A stretch of 64,000 nt of DNA, taken from positions 1-64,000 of IMG/VR virus record IMGVR_UViG_3300025858_000016. The stretch is one strand, 5' to 3'. Origin of the DNA: a virus (taxonomy: Duplodnaviria > Caudoviricetes). Position 1 is the first letter of the stretch. The number at the start of each line of letters is the position of its first letter. A program made the translations under genes and the position numbers. The notes beneath the pieces are model-generated. The model did not search any database. It worked only from the letters and a program-made list of their open reading frames with translations, and was not told the origin of the DNA. Positions 10,028 to 19,132 of the stretch are shown here, in pieces.

Positions 10028-11512
10028 ATGGCAACACTTACAAGGTCTTTAACATACGCACAGTTGGTTGCTGAAATTGCAGCAGGTACATTACATAAAG
10101 GCGAATCAATTACCATAACTGATTATGCCACATCTCATAATATATATGATGGATTTACTGTACTTGCAGAGGTACACACAGGAACTGTAGAACCTTTGCT
10201 TGTTACAGCCACATCTGCCAATACTCTTGATGTACGCGCAAAATCAGTATTATTCCCAAAAGACATTATACATTATAATATATCTGATAATCTGTGTGAA
10301 GATACCACAACGGCAAGAACAGGAAAGATTACATTTCGCAAAGACCATTTAGGCAACGAAACACACTATGATTTCAGGGGCGTGATGTTCCGCAGATGGA
10401 AATTTGACCTATCAGGATTCACCGCATGGGTAAGCAAAGGAACATTTACAGTAGGTGATAAAATCACTTATAACAACAAATTGTTCTACTGTACAAAATC
10501 AATCACAGGAAGTACAAACAATCCAGAAATACTCACAGCCAACTTTAACTATGTTACAGATAATCAAAGATGGTTATCATGGCAGACTGCCAATGTTTTT
10601 TTAGGCGGCGATCCTGTTAATGAACGTATAGAAATACCTGTTGATAAATCAGCATATTTTGATTTCTATACATTTTCTGATGCCACAGGATCAGAAAAAT
10701 CGGAGTGGTTTAAGGATATGAAATTAGGAGGTTTGTTAACTTCAACAAGACTATCATATAATTCTTTAATTTTTGTTGAAACGGCAATAGATCAATCCTA
10801 TACATGCAGTTTTGGAATTAATTGTTATTTTATGACCTTTGGAAATAACAACTCCTACAACATCTTTGGAAATAACAACCGCTCCAACACATTCGGGAAT
10901 AGCAACAACTCCAACACCTTTGGAAATAACAACTCCTACAACACCTTTGGAAATGGCAACAACTCCAACACCTTTGGAAATAACAACTCCTCCAACACCT
11001 TTGGAAATGTCAACTCCTCCAACACATTCGGGAATAGCAACTACTCCAACATCTTCGGGAATTACAACTCCTCCAACACATTCGGGAATAGCAACTCCTC
11101 CAACACATTCGGGAATAGCAACAACTACAACATCTTTGGAAATAACAACGACTCCAACACATTCGGGAATGACAACTCCTACAACACCTTTGGAAATATC
11201 AACAACTACAACACCTTTGGAAATAGCAACTTCTCCAACACATTCGGAAATAGCAACTCCTCCAACACCTTTGGAAATAACAACTCCTCCAACACCTTTG
11301 GAAATTTAGACCAAAATAATGTATTCACAGGCATTGTAATTATCAAGAATACCTTTAAAAATAATGTTAATGGAAGTGCTATTAATTATAGCGGAGCAAC
11401 GCATTTAATTGGTGATTATGATTGTGAGATAAGCAGAAGGGTAGATGGTACGGCAAAACTCACCTATATAAATAATTCCGATGTCATTACTGTAGTAGCT
11501 GTCAATGCGTAA
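10028..11512 (+). CDS. Putative receptor-binding/fibre protein with CBM-like module and 9-aa Asn-rich beta-solenoid repeats
   Basis: AW....F.VGDKITYNNKLFYC resembles CBM5/12; (GNxNxxNTF)17 repeat. Confidence 0.65.
   Translation: MATLTRSLTYAQLVAEIAAGTLHKGESITITDYATSHNIYDGFTVLAEVHTGTVEPLLVTATSANTLDVRAKSVLFPKDIIHYNISDNLCEDTTTARTGKITFRKDHLGNETHYDFRGVMFRRWKFDLSGFTAWVSKGTFTVGDKITYNNKLFYCTKSITGSTNNPEILTANFNYVTDNQRWLSWQTANVFLGGDPVNERIEIPVDKSAYFDFYTFSDATGSEKSEWFKDMKLGGLLTSTRLSYNSLIFVETAIDQSYTCSFGINCYFMTFGNNNSYNIFGNNNRSNTFGNSNNSNTFGNNNSYNTFGNGNNSNTFGNNNSSNTFGNVNSSNTFGNSNYSNIFGNYNSSNTFGNSNSSNTFGNSNNYNIFGNNNDSNTFGNDNSYNTFGNINNYNTFGNSNFSNTFGNSNSSNTFGNNNSSNTFGNLDQNNVFTGIVIIKNTFKNNVNGSAINYSGATHLIGDYDCEISRRVDGTAKLTYINNSDVITVVAVNA
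10841..11299 (+). repeat. 17 x 27-bp in-frame tandem repeat, consensus GGR AAT NNC AAC NNC TMC AAC AYM TTY
   Basis: Units read directly, starting at 10841, 10868, 10895 ... 11273, contiguous with no spacers. Confidence 0.97.
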
Positions 11513-11558
11513 TAGTTCACCTTTGGAACAATGATAACCTTTTTTAAATAAAATATAG

Positions 11559-11900
11559 ATGAAAGACATTAATTATAATCTTAGACCAAATGAACTTGTT
11601 TTTGGTAAGGATTTGAATGAAGAATTGAGATCAATTCATGAGAATTTTCAAAGTATAAATATTAGTTCAAGTAGTATAAGATCAGCTACTAAAACACTAG
11701 TAGAAGACTCAGAATCTACTATAGCAAGTTCAGAATTTGATAGTCCTATTACAAGTGAACCTAAAATAATATCAGTGTTTTCAGATGGAGAGGAGATTCA
11801 AGGGTTGATTAAAAAATATGTATTAAATGGAGATGTATATGATATAAAGATTACATCAACAGACGAGATTGTTGATGCTCAAATAAATGTTTTATGTTAA
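11559..11900 (+). CDS. Hypothetical virion protein, N-terminal paralog of 9156
   Basis: MKDINYNLRPNELVFGKDLNEELRSIHENF vs MKDVHYNLKPNEMTFGRELNEELRSVDENF. Confidence 0.55.
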   Translation: MKDINYNLRPNELVFGKDLNEELRSIHENFQSINISSSSIRSATKTLVEDSESTIASSEFDSPITSEPKIISVFSDGEEIQGLIKKYVLNGDVYDIKITSTDEIVDAQINVLC

Positions 11901-11911
11901 AAACTAAAGTC

Positions 11912-12883
11912 ATGAGAAAATTTATCTTTTTATTTTTATTTTTGGCACCTATTTTTACAATAGGACAGACTTATACTTCTCAACAGGGTAATAAATATTT
12001 TAAGGGATTAGTAAAGTTTGCTAAACGTATTATTGCTGAAGATACTGTTAAAGTTAGTTCTAAAGGTATAAAATACGCAGATGGAAGTTTAGGAACAACT
12101 GGATTTAAAACTGGTGATACTGTACAATTGAATGCTTTAGTTGTTACTAGAGATAGTTTATACATCGGCAATGACGGGTATCTACACTATGTGAAGGATG
12201 GATATAATGTTCGATTGGCAGTTAAAGATAGTACAGTAATAGATAGTCCTTTACTTACTGATCTTTTAGCTTATTGGAATTTTGATGAAGCCAGTGGAAA
12301 TGTCATTGATCAAGTAGGTGATCTGGATGGGGTAGTATCGGGGGCGACACAAAATGTTACAGGAAAAGTCGGTAAGGGGATTAGCTTCGATGGTACTGAT
12401 GATGTAGTTCAGGTAGCATACGATTCCAGCTTAAATATATCCCCTCCATTCACCTTTTCAGCTTGGATTTATCAAAATGCTTCTGATGCAGACCCCATAT
12501 TTTCAAGAGACTTTGGGAGTGGGGTAGTCCCCTATATTTTCGAGATCAGTTATGGCTTCCCCCGCTTGAGGTATTACGATACTGACTATCGTAATTTTAG
12601 TGATGATGAACAGCTCCCAAATACAGAGACTTGGTATCATTTTGTTGTAACGGCTAATAGTATAGAAACTAAATTGTATCTGAATGGCACTCTAATAACA
12701 ACTACTACTGGCATAGCTTCACTTCCAACAAACTCAACCAATTTATACATTGGGCACCATCCTGACCTCTCCTCTTACTTTAATGGAATCATTGATGAAG
12801 TTGGCATTTGGACACGTGTGTTGACTGCTACAGAAGTAACCTCATTGTACAATTCCGGTTCCGGAAACACATACCCCTTCTGA
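11912..12883 (+). CDS. Signal-peptide-bearing LamG (concanavalin A-like) domain protein
   Basis: MRKFIFLFLFLAPIFTIG|Q signal peptide; LLAYWNFDE...FTFSAWI...WYHFVVT...LYLNG...FNGIIDEVGIWTRVLT LamG_3 pattern. Confidence 0.8.
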   Translation: MRKFIFLFLFLAPIFTIGQTYTSQQGNKYFKGLVKFAKRIIAEDTVKVSSKGIKYADGSLGTTGFKTGDTVQLNALVVTRDSLYIGNDGYLHYVKDGYNVRLAVKDSTVIDSPLLTDLLAYWNFDEASGNVIDQVGDLDGVVSGATQNVTGKVGKGISFDGTDDVVQVAYDSSLNISPPFTFSAWIYQNASDADPIFSRDFGSGVVPYIFEISYGFPRLRYYDTDYRNFSDDEQLPNTETWYHFVVTANSIETKLYLNGTLITTTTGIASLPTNSTNLYIGHHPDLSSYFNGIIDEVGIWTRVLTATEVTSLYNSGSGNTYPF

Positions 12884-12884
12884 T

Positions 12885-14216
12885 ATGAAGAAATTTGTCA
12901 CGCTTATATTTCTCCTTTTCAGCTTAGTTACCTGGGCACATAAGTGGTATTGTTCTCCAACCGGCAGCGATGCGACAGGTGACGGTAGCCAGGCAAACCC
13001 GTATTTCTCACTCACAACAGCCTGGACTGCGGCCAGCGCCGGCGACACTATTTACATGCGCGGTGGGACCTATTCCTATGCTATTGCTCAAAACATCAGG
13101 AGCAAGGCGCATATGAAAGTATGGAACTATCCCAATGAAACTCCTATATTCCATAGAGGAGCATATATAGAAAACCCCGAAGCATATTTTGATTGGATTG
13201 GAATATTTGGGGATTATTGTAATAATCTATCTATTAAAGGTATTGAGGTTAGTTATTATCCGCAATTTACTCATTCTACCTGGGGAACTCCTAGTTCTTT
13301 TGGTATTTGGATAACAGATGCGGATACAATAAAAATGGAGAACATGAATGTTCACCATAACGGGGGCGGTGTCATGTTCAATAATTGTTCTGATGTTACT
13401 GTTATAAATAGCGATTTTCACCATAACCAAGATAGTCTTAGTGAAGATCCTTATGGTGGGGCAGATGGTTTGGTTATCCGTAATGAAGATGATACAACTT
13501 CTGTTTCGACAGTGCAGGGTTGCCGCTTCTGGTGGAATAGTGATGATGGCCTGGATTTGTGGTACAATGACGGGGTGGTTTATATAGATAGTTGCTGGTC
13601 ATTTTATAACGGCTATATCCCTGGAACATTTTCTACTGGAGGGGATGGTTCAGGCTTTAAAAACGGTAGTACCTCTGTCGATTTTTCAGCAAGAGTTAAA
13701 CGATATTATACCCGGTGTATTTCAGCCAGAAACCGGTCCGGAGGACTCGACAATAATGGAGCCTTATGCGGTACTACTTACTATAACTGCATTTCTTATC
13801 TGAACACCCGCGGAATGACGTTTAATAACGGTTATCCGGTGATCCGGAACGTGATAGCTTATGCAAATACGGCTTATAACACTCTCGATGATAAAACGAA
13901 TTGGACGCATGATCACAATAGCTGGAACGGTGCGGTTACAATAACGGACGCCGATTTTGAAAGCCTGGATACGGCTCAATTGCATGGCAGCCGCGTTAAC
14001 AATTACCTGCCGGCAATCAATTTTGGCCGGTTAGCAGCCAATTCAGATGCTATTGACGCTGGGGTTGATGTTGGTTTGTCATACTCAGGAACGGCTCCTG
14101 ATATTGGCGTTTTTGAATATGGTATTAGTTATAATCCTGTAATAAGTAGTTTCGGCAAGACAGTGAAACATTTCGGGAAAGTTGTTGTTAATAATAAAAA
14201 AATAGTAAAGCGATGA
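12885..14216 (+). CDS. Signal-peptide-bearing right-handed beta-helix protein, PL9 pectate lyase-like
   Basis: MKKFVTLIFLLFSLVTWA signal; SPTGSD..GDGS..NPY and AGDTIYMRGGTY; NSDDGLD; GDGSGFK; C-terminal AIDAG..APDIGVFE. Confidence 0.75.
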   Translation: MKKFVTLIFLLFSLVTWAHKWYCSPTGSDATGDGSQANPYFSLTTAWTAASAGDTIYMRGGTYSYAIAQNIRSKAHMKVWNYPNETPIFHRGAYIENPEAYFDWIGIFGDYCNNLSIKGIEVSYYPQFTHSTWGTPSSFGIWITDADTIKMENMNVHHNGGGVMFNNCSDVTVINSDFHHNQDSLSEDPYGGADGLVIRNEDDTTSVSTVQGCRFWWNSDDGLDLWYNDGVVYIDSCWSFYNGYIPGTFSTGGDGSGFKNGSTSVDFSARVKRYYTRCISARNRSGGLDNNGALCGTTYYNCISYLNTRGMTFNNGYPVIRNVIAYANTAYNTLDDKTNWTHDHNSWNGAVTITDADFESLDTAQLHGSRVNNYLPAINFGRLAANSDAIDAGVDVGLSYSGTAPDIGVFEYGISYNPVISSFGKTVKHFGKVVVNNKKIVKR

Positions 14217-14548
14217 ATAAAATATTAATTGATAGTATTCTGTGTTTTATCGGAATATTAATTTACTTTACTGCAAGATATGACAATAGAAAATCTAATA
14301 CGAAACTTAGTTTCAAGTTTTGGATTAATGACAATTGGCCTGAATTGACATCAACATTATTGTTGAATGTTGCTATTATGATTATAATTCATTTGCCTGA
14401 TACCAGTATTAGCTTTGACGAAACATTTTCTAAACTGCCATTTGCATTAAAAGTTGCTGGGCCTCCTACTCTTAGTTTTCTTCTTGGGTTAGGATTGACA
14501 TCTGCCTTCTATAGAATGTTTAAAGAAAAGACAAAAATAAAGAAGTAA
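14213..14548 (+). CDS. Putative holin
   Basis: Three hydrophobic segments and a basic C-terminus; immediately upstream of the endolysin. Confidence 0.55.
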   Translation: MNKILIDSILCFIGILIYFTARYDNRKSNTKLSFKFWINDNWPELTSTLLLNVAIMIIIHLPDTSISFDETFSKLPFALKVAGPPTLSFLLGLGLTSAFYRMFKEKTKIKK

Positions 14549-15006
14549 TGACCAGACAAGAAATAATCACTGAGTTAAAAAATTATTTCAGTATTCGTGA
14601 TTTAGTTTGTGATCATGTATTTAATAATTTTGGTGAGAGAGCATGGCAATTTTTAGATACTGAATTGTTACATACTATTTTAGTTGTAAGAATAGATATT
14701 TTAAAAACTCCTATGTTTGTTAATTATCCTAATTCAGGAAGAGATGAGAGAGGATTGAGATGTAATTTATGTAGTATAGTAATGCAAAAGACTAAACAAA
14801 AGAAGAGTTATCTATCTGCCCATGTGAATGGTGCTGGGGTAGATTTTGATGCTAAAGGTTTAACAGCAGAACAAATTAGACAGAAAATTAGAGATAATAA
14901 AGATCTTTTGCCTTATCCAATAAGACTTGAGAAGAATGTTTCTTGGGTTCACATAGATATTTATGATTATTGTAATGGTCAAATAATAAATGAATTTGAA
15001 GGATGA
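14548..15006 (+). CDS. Endolysin, peptidase M15-like
   Basis: RGLR...SAHVNGAGVDF...WVHID zinc-peptidase motifs (SxH-x6-D, HxD). Confidence 0.75.
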   Translation: MTRQEIITELKNYFSIRDLVCDHVFNNFGERAWQFLDTELLHTILVVRIDILKTPMFVNYPNSGRDERGLRCNLCSIVMQKTKQKKSYLSAHVNGAGVDFDAKGLTAEQIRQKIRDNKDLLPYPIRLEKNVSWVHIDIYDYCNGQIINEFEG

Positions 15007-15674
15007 AAAAAGAAACAATTTTATTTATCGTGCTTTTTATTGTTATTACTTTGTTTTCTTTTTTATTAGGAAAACAAGTTCATGATAATAAAGAGTTGAA
15101 AAATAATCAGAGAAATTTGATGTCTATATTAAAGGAGGATACTCTTTTAAGAAAAGAGAATGATTCTTTGAGAAATAGATATTTTAGAGACTCAGTAAAT
15201 TTTGCTCAAAAGATAAGAGACACTAATATTGTTCGTATTAAGTATTTGATTTTGGAAGAGGGGCTAGATAAGATGTCTGTTGATCAAAAGATAAGTTATT
15301 TTTACAGCAGATTTGAAAATAAAGTGCCAGATTCTATAGAATTTAAAGGAGATTCTGTTGTGATACCTAATGAATTAGTGGGAAAGGCAGATTCTTTGTT
15401 TTTAGAAAGAGATTTTTATAAAGAGAAATCAGATACATTAATTGTAGCTATTAATATAGCTAAATTAGCATTGAATTCACAATTAGATATTAGTAAGAAC
15501 AAAGAAGAGATTATAAATAATCAAGTTAGTAAGATAAATGCTTTGAACAAAGAATTATTAATAGTCAACGAAGATAGAGATAATATAAGTAAAAAGTTAA
15601 AACGTAACAGAAAGATAGCTATAATTAGTACTACTGGGTTAATATCGTTAACATCTTTATTAATATTATTGTAA
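15003..15674 (+). CDS. Putative spanin-like membrane coiled-coil protein
   Basis: N-terminal TM segment, coiled coil, C-terminal hydrophobic segment; follows the endolysin. Confidence 0.45.
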   Translation: MKKETILFIVLFIVITLFSFLLGKQVHDNKELKNNQRNLMSILKEDTLLRKENDSLRNRYFRDSVNFAQKIRDTNIVRIKYLILEEGLDKMSVDQKISYFYSRFENKVPDSIEFKGDSVVIPNELVGKADSLFLERDFYKEKSDTLIVAINIAKLALNSQLDISKNKEEIINNQVSKINALNKELLIVNEDRDNISKKLKRNRKIAIISTTGLISLTSLLILL

Positions 15675-15850
15675 TGGCTAAGAAAGTTACACAAGTATCA
15701 GAATTAATGTTGATTTGTCAACAGGCATGTATTTATTTTAAATTATCTGAAAGATATAAAAGAGTGATGTTAAAGAAATATTCAGATTTATTTATGACTA
15801 CTAGTAATTGGGAAACATTGTTTAGACAAGAAGGAGCAATTAAAATATAA
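15674..15850 (+). CDS. Small 58-aa protein preceding tail sheath (not in ORF track)
   Basis: MAKKVTQVSELMLICQQACIYFKLSERYKRVMLKKYSDLFMTTSNWETLFRQEGAIKI; TAATG overlap with upstream gene. Confidence 0.55.
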   Translation: MAKKVTQVSELMLICQQACIYFKLSERYKRVMLKKYSDLFMTTSNWETLFRQEGAIKI

Positions 15851-15933
15851 ATTTTTGTTGAAATTATTATTTTACTAAAATATTTTATAATTTTATAAAA
15901 TGAAATTTCGGTATAAAATAATACCAAGAAGAG

Positions 15934-17871
15934 ATGTCAACTAAAGTGCGTTTTGGTAATAAAATCATACAACTTCCTGGATCATATTCCAGAATCATAT
16001 CTGGCCAAAATAATCCACCTAGAGATTTAGATTATGGTGTTTTATTGATTATAGATAATAATGATTTGAATAGTACAGTAACTAGTAATGGTATTATGGG
16101 CGGTGCTGGTGTAAATGGTGAATTAGCACAAGGGAAAGATACAATTTATACTCTTAATGATATTAAAGAGTTTAGAGATTTTGTTGGTCCAGGTTGGTGG
16201 TGGAAAGCTGCTGAAGGGTTATTTAATCCTGATGGTAGAGGGAATGGAGTTAGTAAAGTTAAGGTAATAAAACCTGCAACAACTACTGCAGCTAACTTAG
16301 TATTTACTGCTACTGGCGGTGGAGCTGCTGGTGGTACTTTTGCAGTTAAGACAAGAGATGAATCTACTTCATCCAATGGAGTTTCAAATGAAACAAGAGC
16401 ACAAGGGTCTGTAACTGTTACATCAGCAGGTGCTACATCTGATAAGATAACTATAAAAATATCTGGTATTACTGTAGCTTCATATACTAATGCTAACAGT
16501 GATAATATAGCAACAGTGGTGGCAGGGTTAGCTGCTAATATGACGTTATTGGGAATTTGTTCTGTAATATCTTCGACATCTCCTACTATAGTATTTAGTG
16601 CCCCTATTGGGTATGGTGCTTCTAGTAATATTATTACTCCTACTGTCGAAGTAACAGGGACAGCTACAGGCACTGCAACTAAATTCTCTGGTGGGTTAGA
16701 TGCTACTAAGTTATATAGTGGTTATGCTTATACTATTGAGACAGGAGTAAAGGATACTTCTAAATGGGTGTATAAATTATGGAGAGGAGAGTATAAAGGA
16801 TTATATAGTGATAATATTCCATATGATGAAGTATATCAAGCTGATAGTAAGTTTGTATTGATGGCACAGTCTCCTGAATTTGATAATATTCAAACTCTTA
16901 TTACTTGGGGACTTACTAATACTGATTTTGGTAGATATTTTGTTTTAGATCAAGAAGAAAGTGAAGTTACTGGTCTTGGCACAGTTACTTCAGCAGACAT
17001 AATTAATATTAAGAGTTTTCAACTCGCAACTGGAGGGTCTGCTACATATGATTCTTTAGCAGATGTTTTAGATGTAATTAAAGATTTAGATTATAATGCT
17101 ATATTAACTACATGCTCCACTACTAAGCCACAAACAGATACTGATATTTTACTTATATTAGATCATATAGTTAATGAAGCTAAGTATGATAAATTTTTGT
17201 TTTTAGCTGGTCATGATGATGCTATATTATCTTCTATTGAGTATGCTTCAGATTTTAATTCAGAAAGAGTTAATTTAGTTCATGGATCCATTAAGAAAGC
17301 GTCAAAATTAGATGCATCAGGGTTTAGAATTTGGGAAGCATTTTTCCATGCAGCATATTATACAGGTAGAGTTCTTGGATTAGCCCCTCAGGTACCTATT
17401 ACCTTTAAATCGTTAGATATAGATGGATTAGTTTCAGAGTTAAATGATAAAGATAAAGAAATAGCGGATGATTATGGTGTTTTGGTAACAGTATGGGATG
17501 AAGATTTTGGTAAGTTTATTAATTTACATGATGTTAATACTTTACAAGATAGTGATTTTGTTTTAACTAATAATGGTGAATCTCATTTAATTCAAATTGA
17601 GAGAATAAAATCTCAATTGAATAAGGAGTTAATCATAAACTCAAAGAAAGATTTATTGTCTGATCCGGATGGTGTGAATAAATCATCTTTGACTGAAGAA
17701 GATGCAATAGAATGGACTAAGATTTATTTACAGAGAAAAATTGGAACTTTAATTGTAGAATACAGAAATGTGACTGCACATACAGAACAAGATATGATAT
17801 TCGTAGACTATGAAGCATCTCCTAATAGTGAGATTAAGGGAATATTCTTTACTGGTAGATTGTACTTATAA
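15934..17871 (+). CDS. Contractile tail sheath protein
   Basis: N-terminal LPGSYSRI; C-terminal GLAPQVPITFKSL..., FINLHDVNT; size and position before the tube gene. Confidence 0.85.
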   Translation: MSTKVRFGNKIIQLPGSYSRIISGQNNPPRDLDYGVLLIIDNNDLNSTVTSNGIMGGAGVNGELAQGKDTIYTLNDIKEFRDFVGPGWWWKAAEGLFNPDGRGNGVSKVKVIKPATTTAANLVFTATGGGAAGGTFAVKTRDESTSSNGVSNETRAQGSVTVTSAGATSDKITIKISGITVASYTNANSDNIATVVAGLAANMTLLGICSVISSTSPTIVFSAPIGYGASSNIITPTVEVTGTATGTATKFSGGLDATKLYSGYAYTIETGVKDTSKWVYKLWRGEYKGLYSDNIPYDEVYQADSKFVLMAQSPEFDNIQTLITWGLTNTDFGRYFVLDQEESEVTGLGTVTSADIINIKSFQLATGGSATYDSLADVLDVIKDLDYNAILTTCSTTKPQTDTDILLILDHIVNEAKYDKFLFLAGHDDAILSSIEYASDFNSERVNLVHGSIKKASKLDASGFRIWEAFFHAAYYTGRVLGLAPQVPITFKSLDIDGLVSELNDKDKEIADDYGVLVTVWDEDFGKFINLHDVNTLQDSDFVLTNNGESHLIQIERIKSQLNKELIINSKKDLLSDPDGVNKSSLTEEDAIEWTKIYLQRKIGTLIVEYRNVTAHTEQDMIFVDYEASPNSEIKGIFFTGRLYL

Positions 17872-17899
17872 TATTCGATAATTTTTTATACTTAAAGAT

Positions 17900-18385
17900 A
17901 TGCCTGAACAGAATGCTACAATGACAGCAGCTAGAGCCATTATTAAACGTAATGGTGTAGCAATAGGCTTGATAAGAAATTTACGCTGTACAGAAGCTAA
18001 TCAACGTGGCAGTGTAATGGGACTTGGTAGAGTAACAAAGTTGGAGAGACCATTACTGTCCATTACTTGTACATGGTCATGTGATTTCTATATGATAGAT
18101 TTGAAGAAGACTGGAATACCCGGATTAGATAATCGTGAAGTACAAACAGTAGAACAGTATGTAGATACCAAAGTTTTGTTAAACGTCCCTATAGATATTG
18201 TTGTATATAAGAAAGATATTTTAACAGTAAGTGATAAGAATGTTGTCACTGCTACTAAAGGTACTGTCTTTTGTACTATAAAAGATATATATCTTGATAA
18301 TACATCGTGGGATGTTACAGAAAATCAGATAAGTGCATTTAATCAGTCTGGAGAGTATACTACTCCAGTAATACTTCCAATTTAA
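17900..18385 (+). CDS. Tail tube protein
   Basis: Follows sheath; MTAARAIIK.NG.AIG...VMGLG resembles Herelleviridae tube proteins. Confidence 0.75.
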   Translation: MPEQNATMTAARAIIKRNGVAIGLIRNLRCTEANQRGSVMGLGRVTKLERPLLSITCTWSCDFYMIDLKKTGIPGLDNREVQTVEQYVDTKVLLNVPIDIVVYKKDILTVSDKNVVTATKGTVFCTIKDIYLDNTSWDVTENQISAFNQSGEYTTPVILPI

Positions 18386-18402
18386 TAATAGTAAAATAAA
18401 TT

Positions 18403-18753
18403 ATGGATCAGCTTTCTTTTTCAGTAAAAGGACAAACATTCACTGTTTCTAATCCCAGTGTAGGTAATTTTATAGATTTGTGGAGATGGAGAAGTATATT
18501 ATCAGGTGGTAATTATGGAAATATTTATAGATTTGGTATGCCTATTGCAGATGAAGCATTGTTAATGGTGGACATAGAATCATTTTTTGTATCATTTTGC
18601 CCTAGTTTTATTAAGTCTTTGAAATCAGGTAGTATTAAAGATATGGGATTAGAAGATTATTTAGAATTAAAAGAAATTTATAATATTCAAATACAACCTT
18701 GGTTAGATAGTATTGAAAAACTTATGATTAATAAGAAAGATGAGAAGAAATGA
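18403..18753 (+). CDS. Putative tail assembly chaperone
   Basis: Position between tube and tape measure; size. Confidence 0.5.
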   Translation: MDQLSFSVKGQTFTVSNPSVGNFIDLWRWRSILSGGNYGNIYRFGMPIADEALLMVDIESFFVSFCPSFIKSLKSGSIKDMGLEDYLELKEIYNIQIQPWLDSIEKLMINKKDEKK

Positions 18754-19130
18754 TAAATATTTTGAGATTATTTCAAAAGTCTCAGAAGTTAGTTTTGGAT
18801 ATACAAAATAGTCTTACAACTAATGAAGATGTTATAGATTTTTGTTATATATGGAATATACGTTACCCTCTTGATCGTTGGTGGAGAGAAAAGCATAAAA
18901 TAGCTTTTGGCTCTGAAGCACATCGGAGGGTATCTTTTTTAGATATTAGATTTGAGTATGAGGAAGATTTGATTATAAAGAAAGTAAAGGAGAAGAATGA
19001 TTATACACCTAATATAGGAGATTGGTTTTATATTGATCAAGATATTGATAATTTAACGGAAGAGCAAAAATTTAAGAAATTCAAAAAGGAATTTGAATCT
19101 TTCGATTTATCAGAGTACGATGATAATTAA
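18750..19130 (+). CDS. Putative second tail assembly chaperone
   Basis: Position; RWWREKHKIAF motif; acidic C-terminus. Confidence 0.4.
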   Translation: MINILRLFQKSQKLVLDIQNSLTTNEDVIDFCYIWNIRYPLDRWWREKHKIAFGSEAHRRVSFLDIRFEYEEDLIIKKVKEKNDYTPNIGDWFYIDQDIDNLTEEQKFKKFKKEFESFDLSEYDDN

Positions 19131-19132
19131 TA

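Noticed and set aside
10841-11299. CRISPR array
   Set aside because: Units are contiguous with no unique spacers and lie in frame within a CDS; no cas genes.
10839-11309. Overlapping 156-aa ORF (EITTPTT repeats) as a real gene
   Set aside because: By-product of a stop-free 27-bp repeat in another frame; TTG start and boundaries coincide with the array.
18700-18760. Programmed frameshift between tail chaperones
   Set aside because: No X XXY YYZ slippery heptamer seen; a simple ATGA overlap explains the pair.
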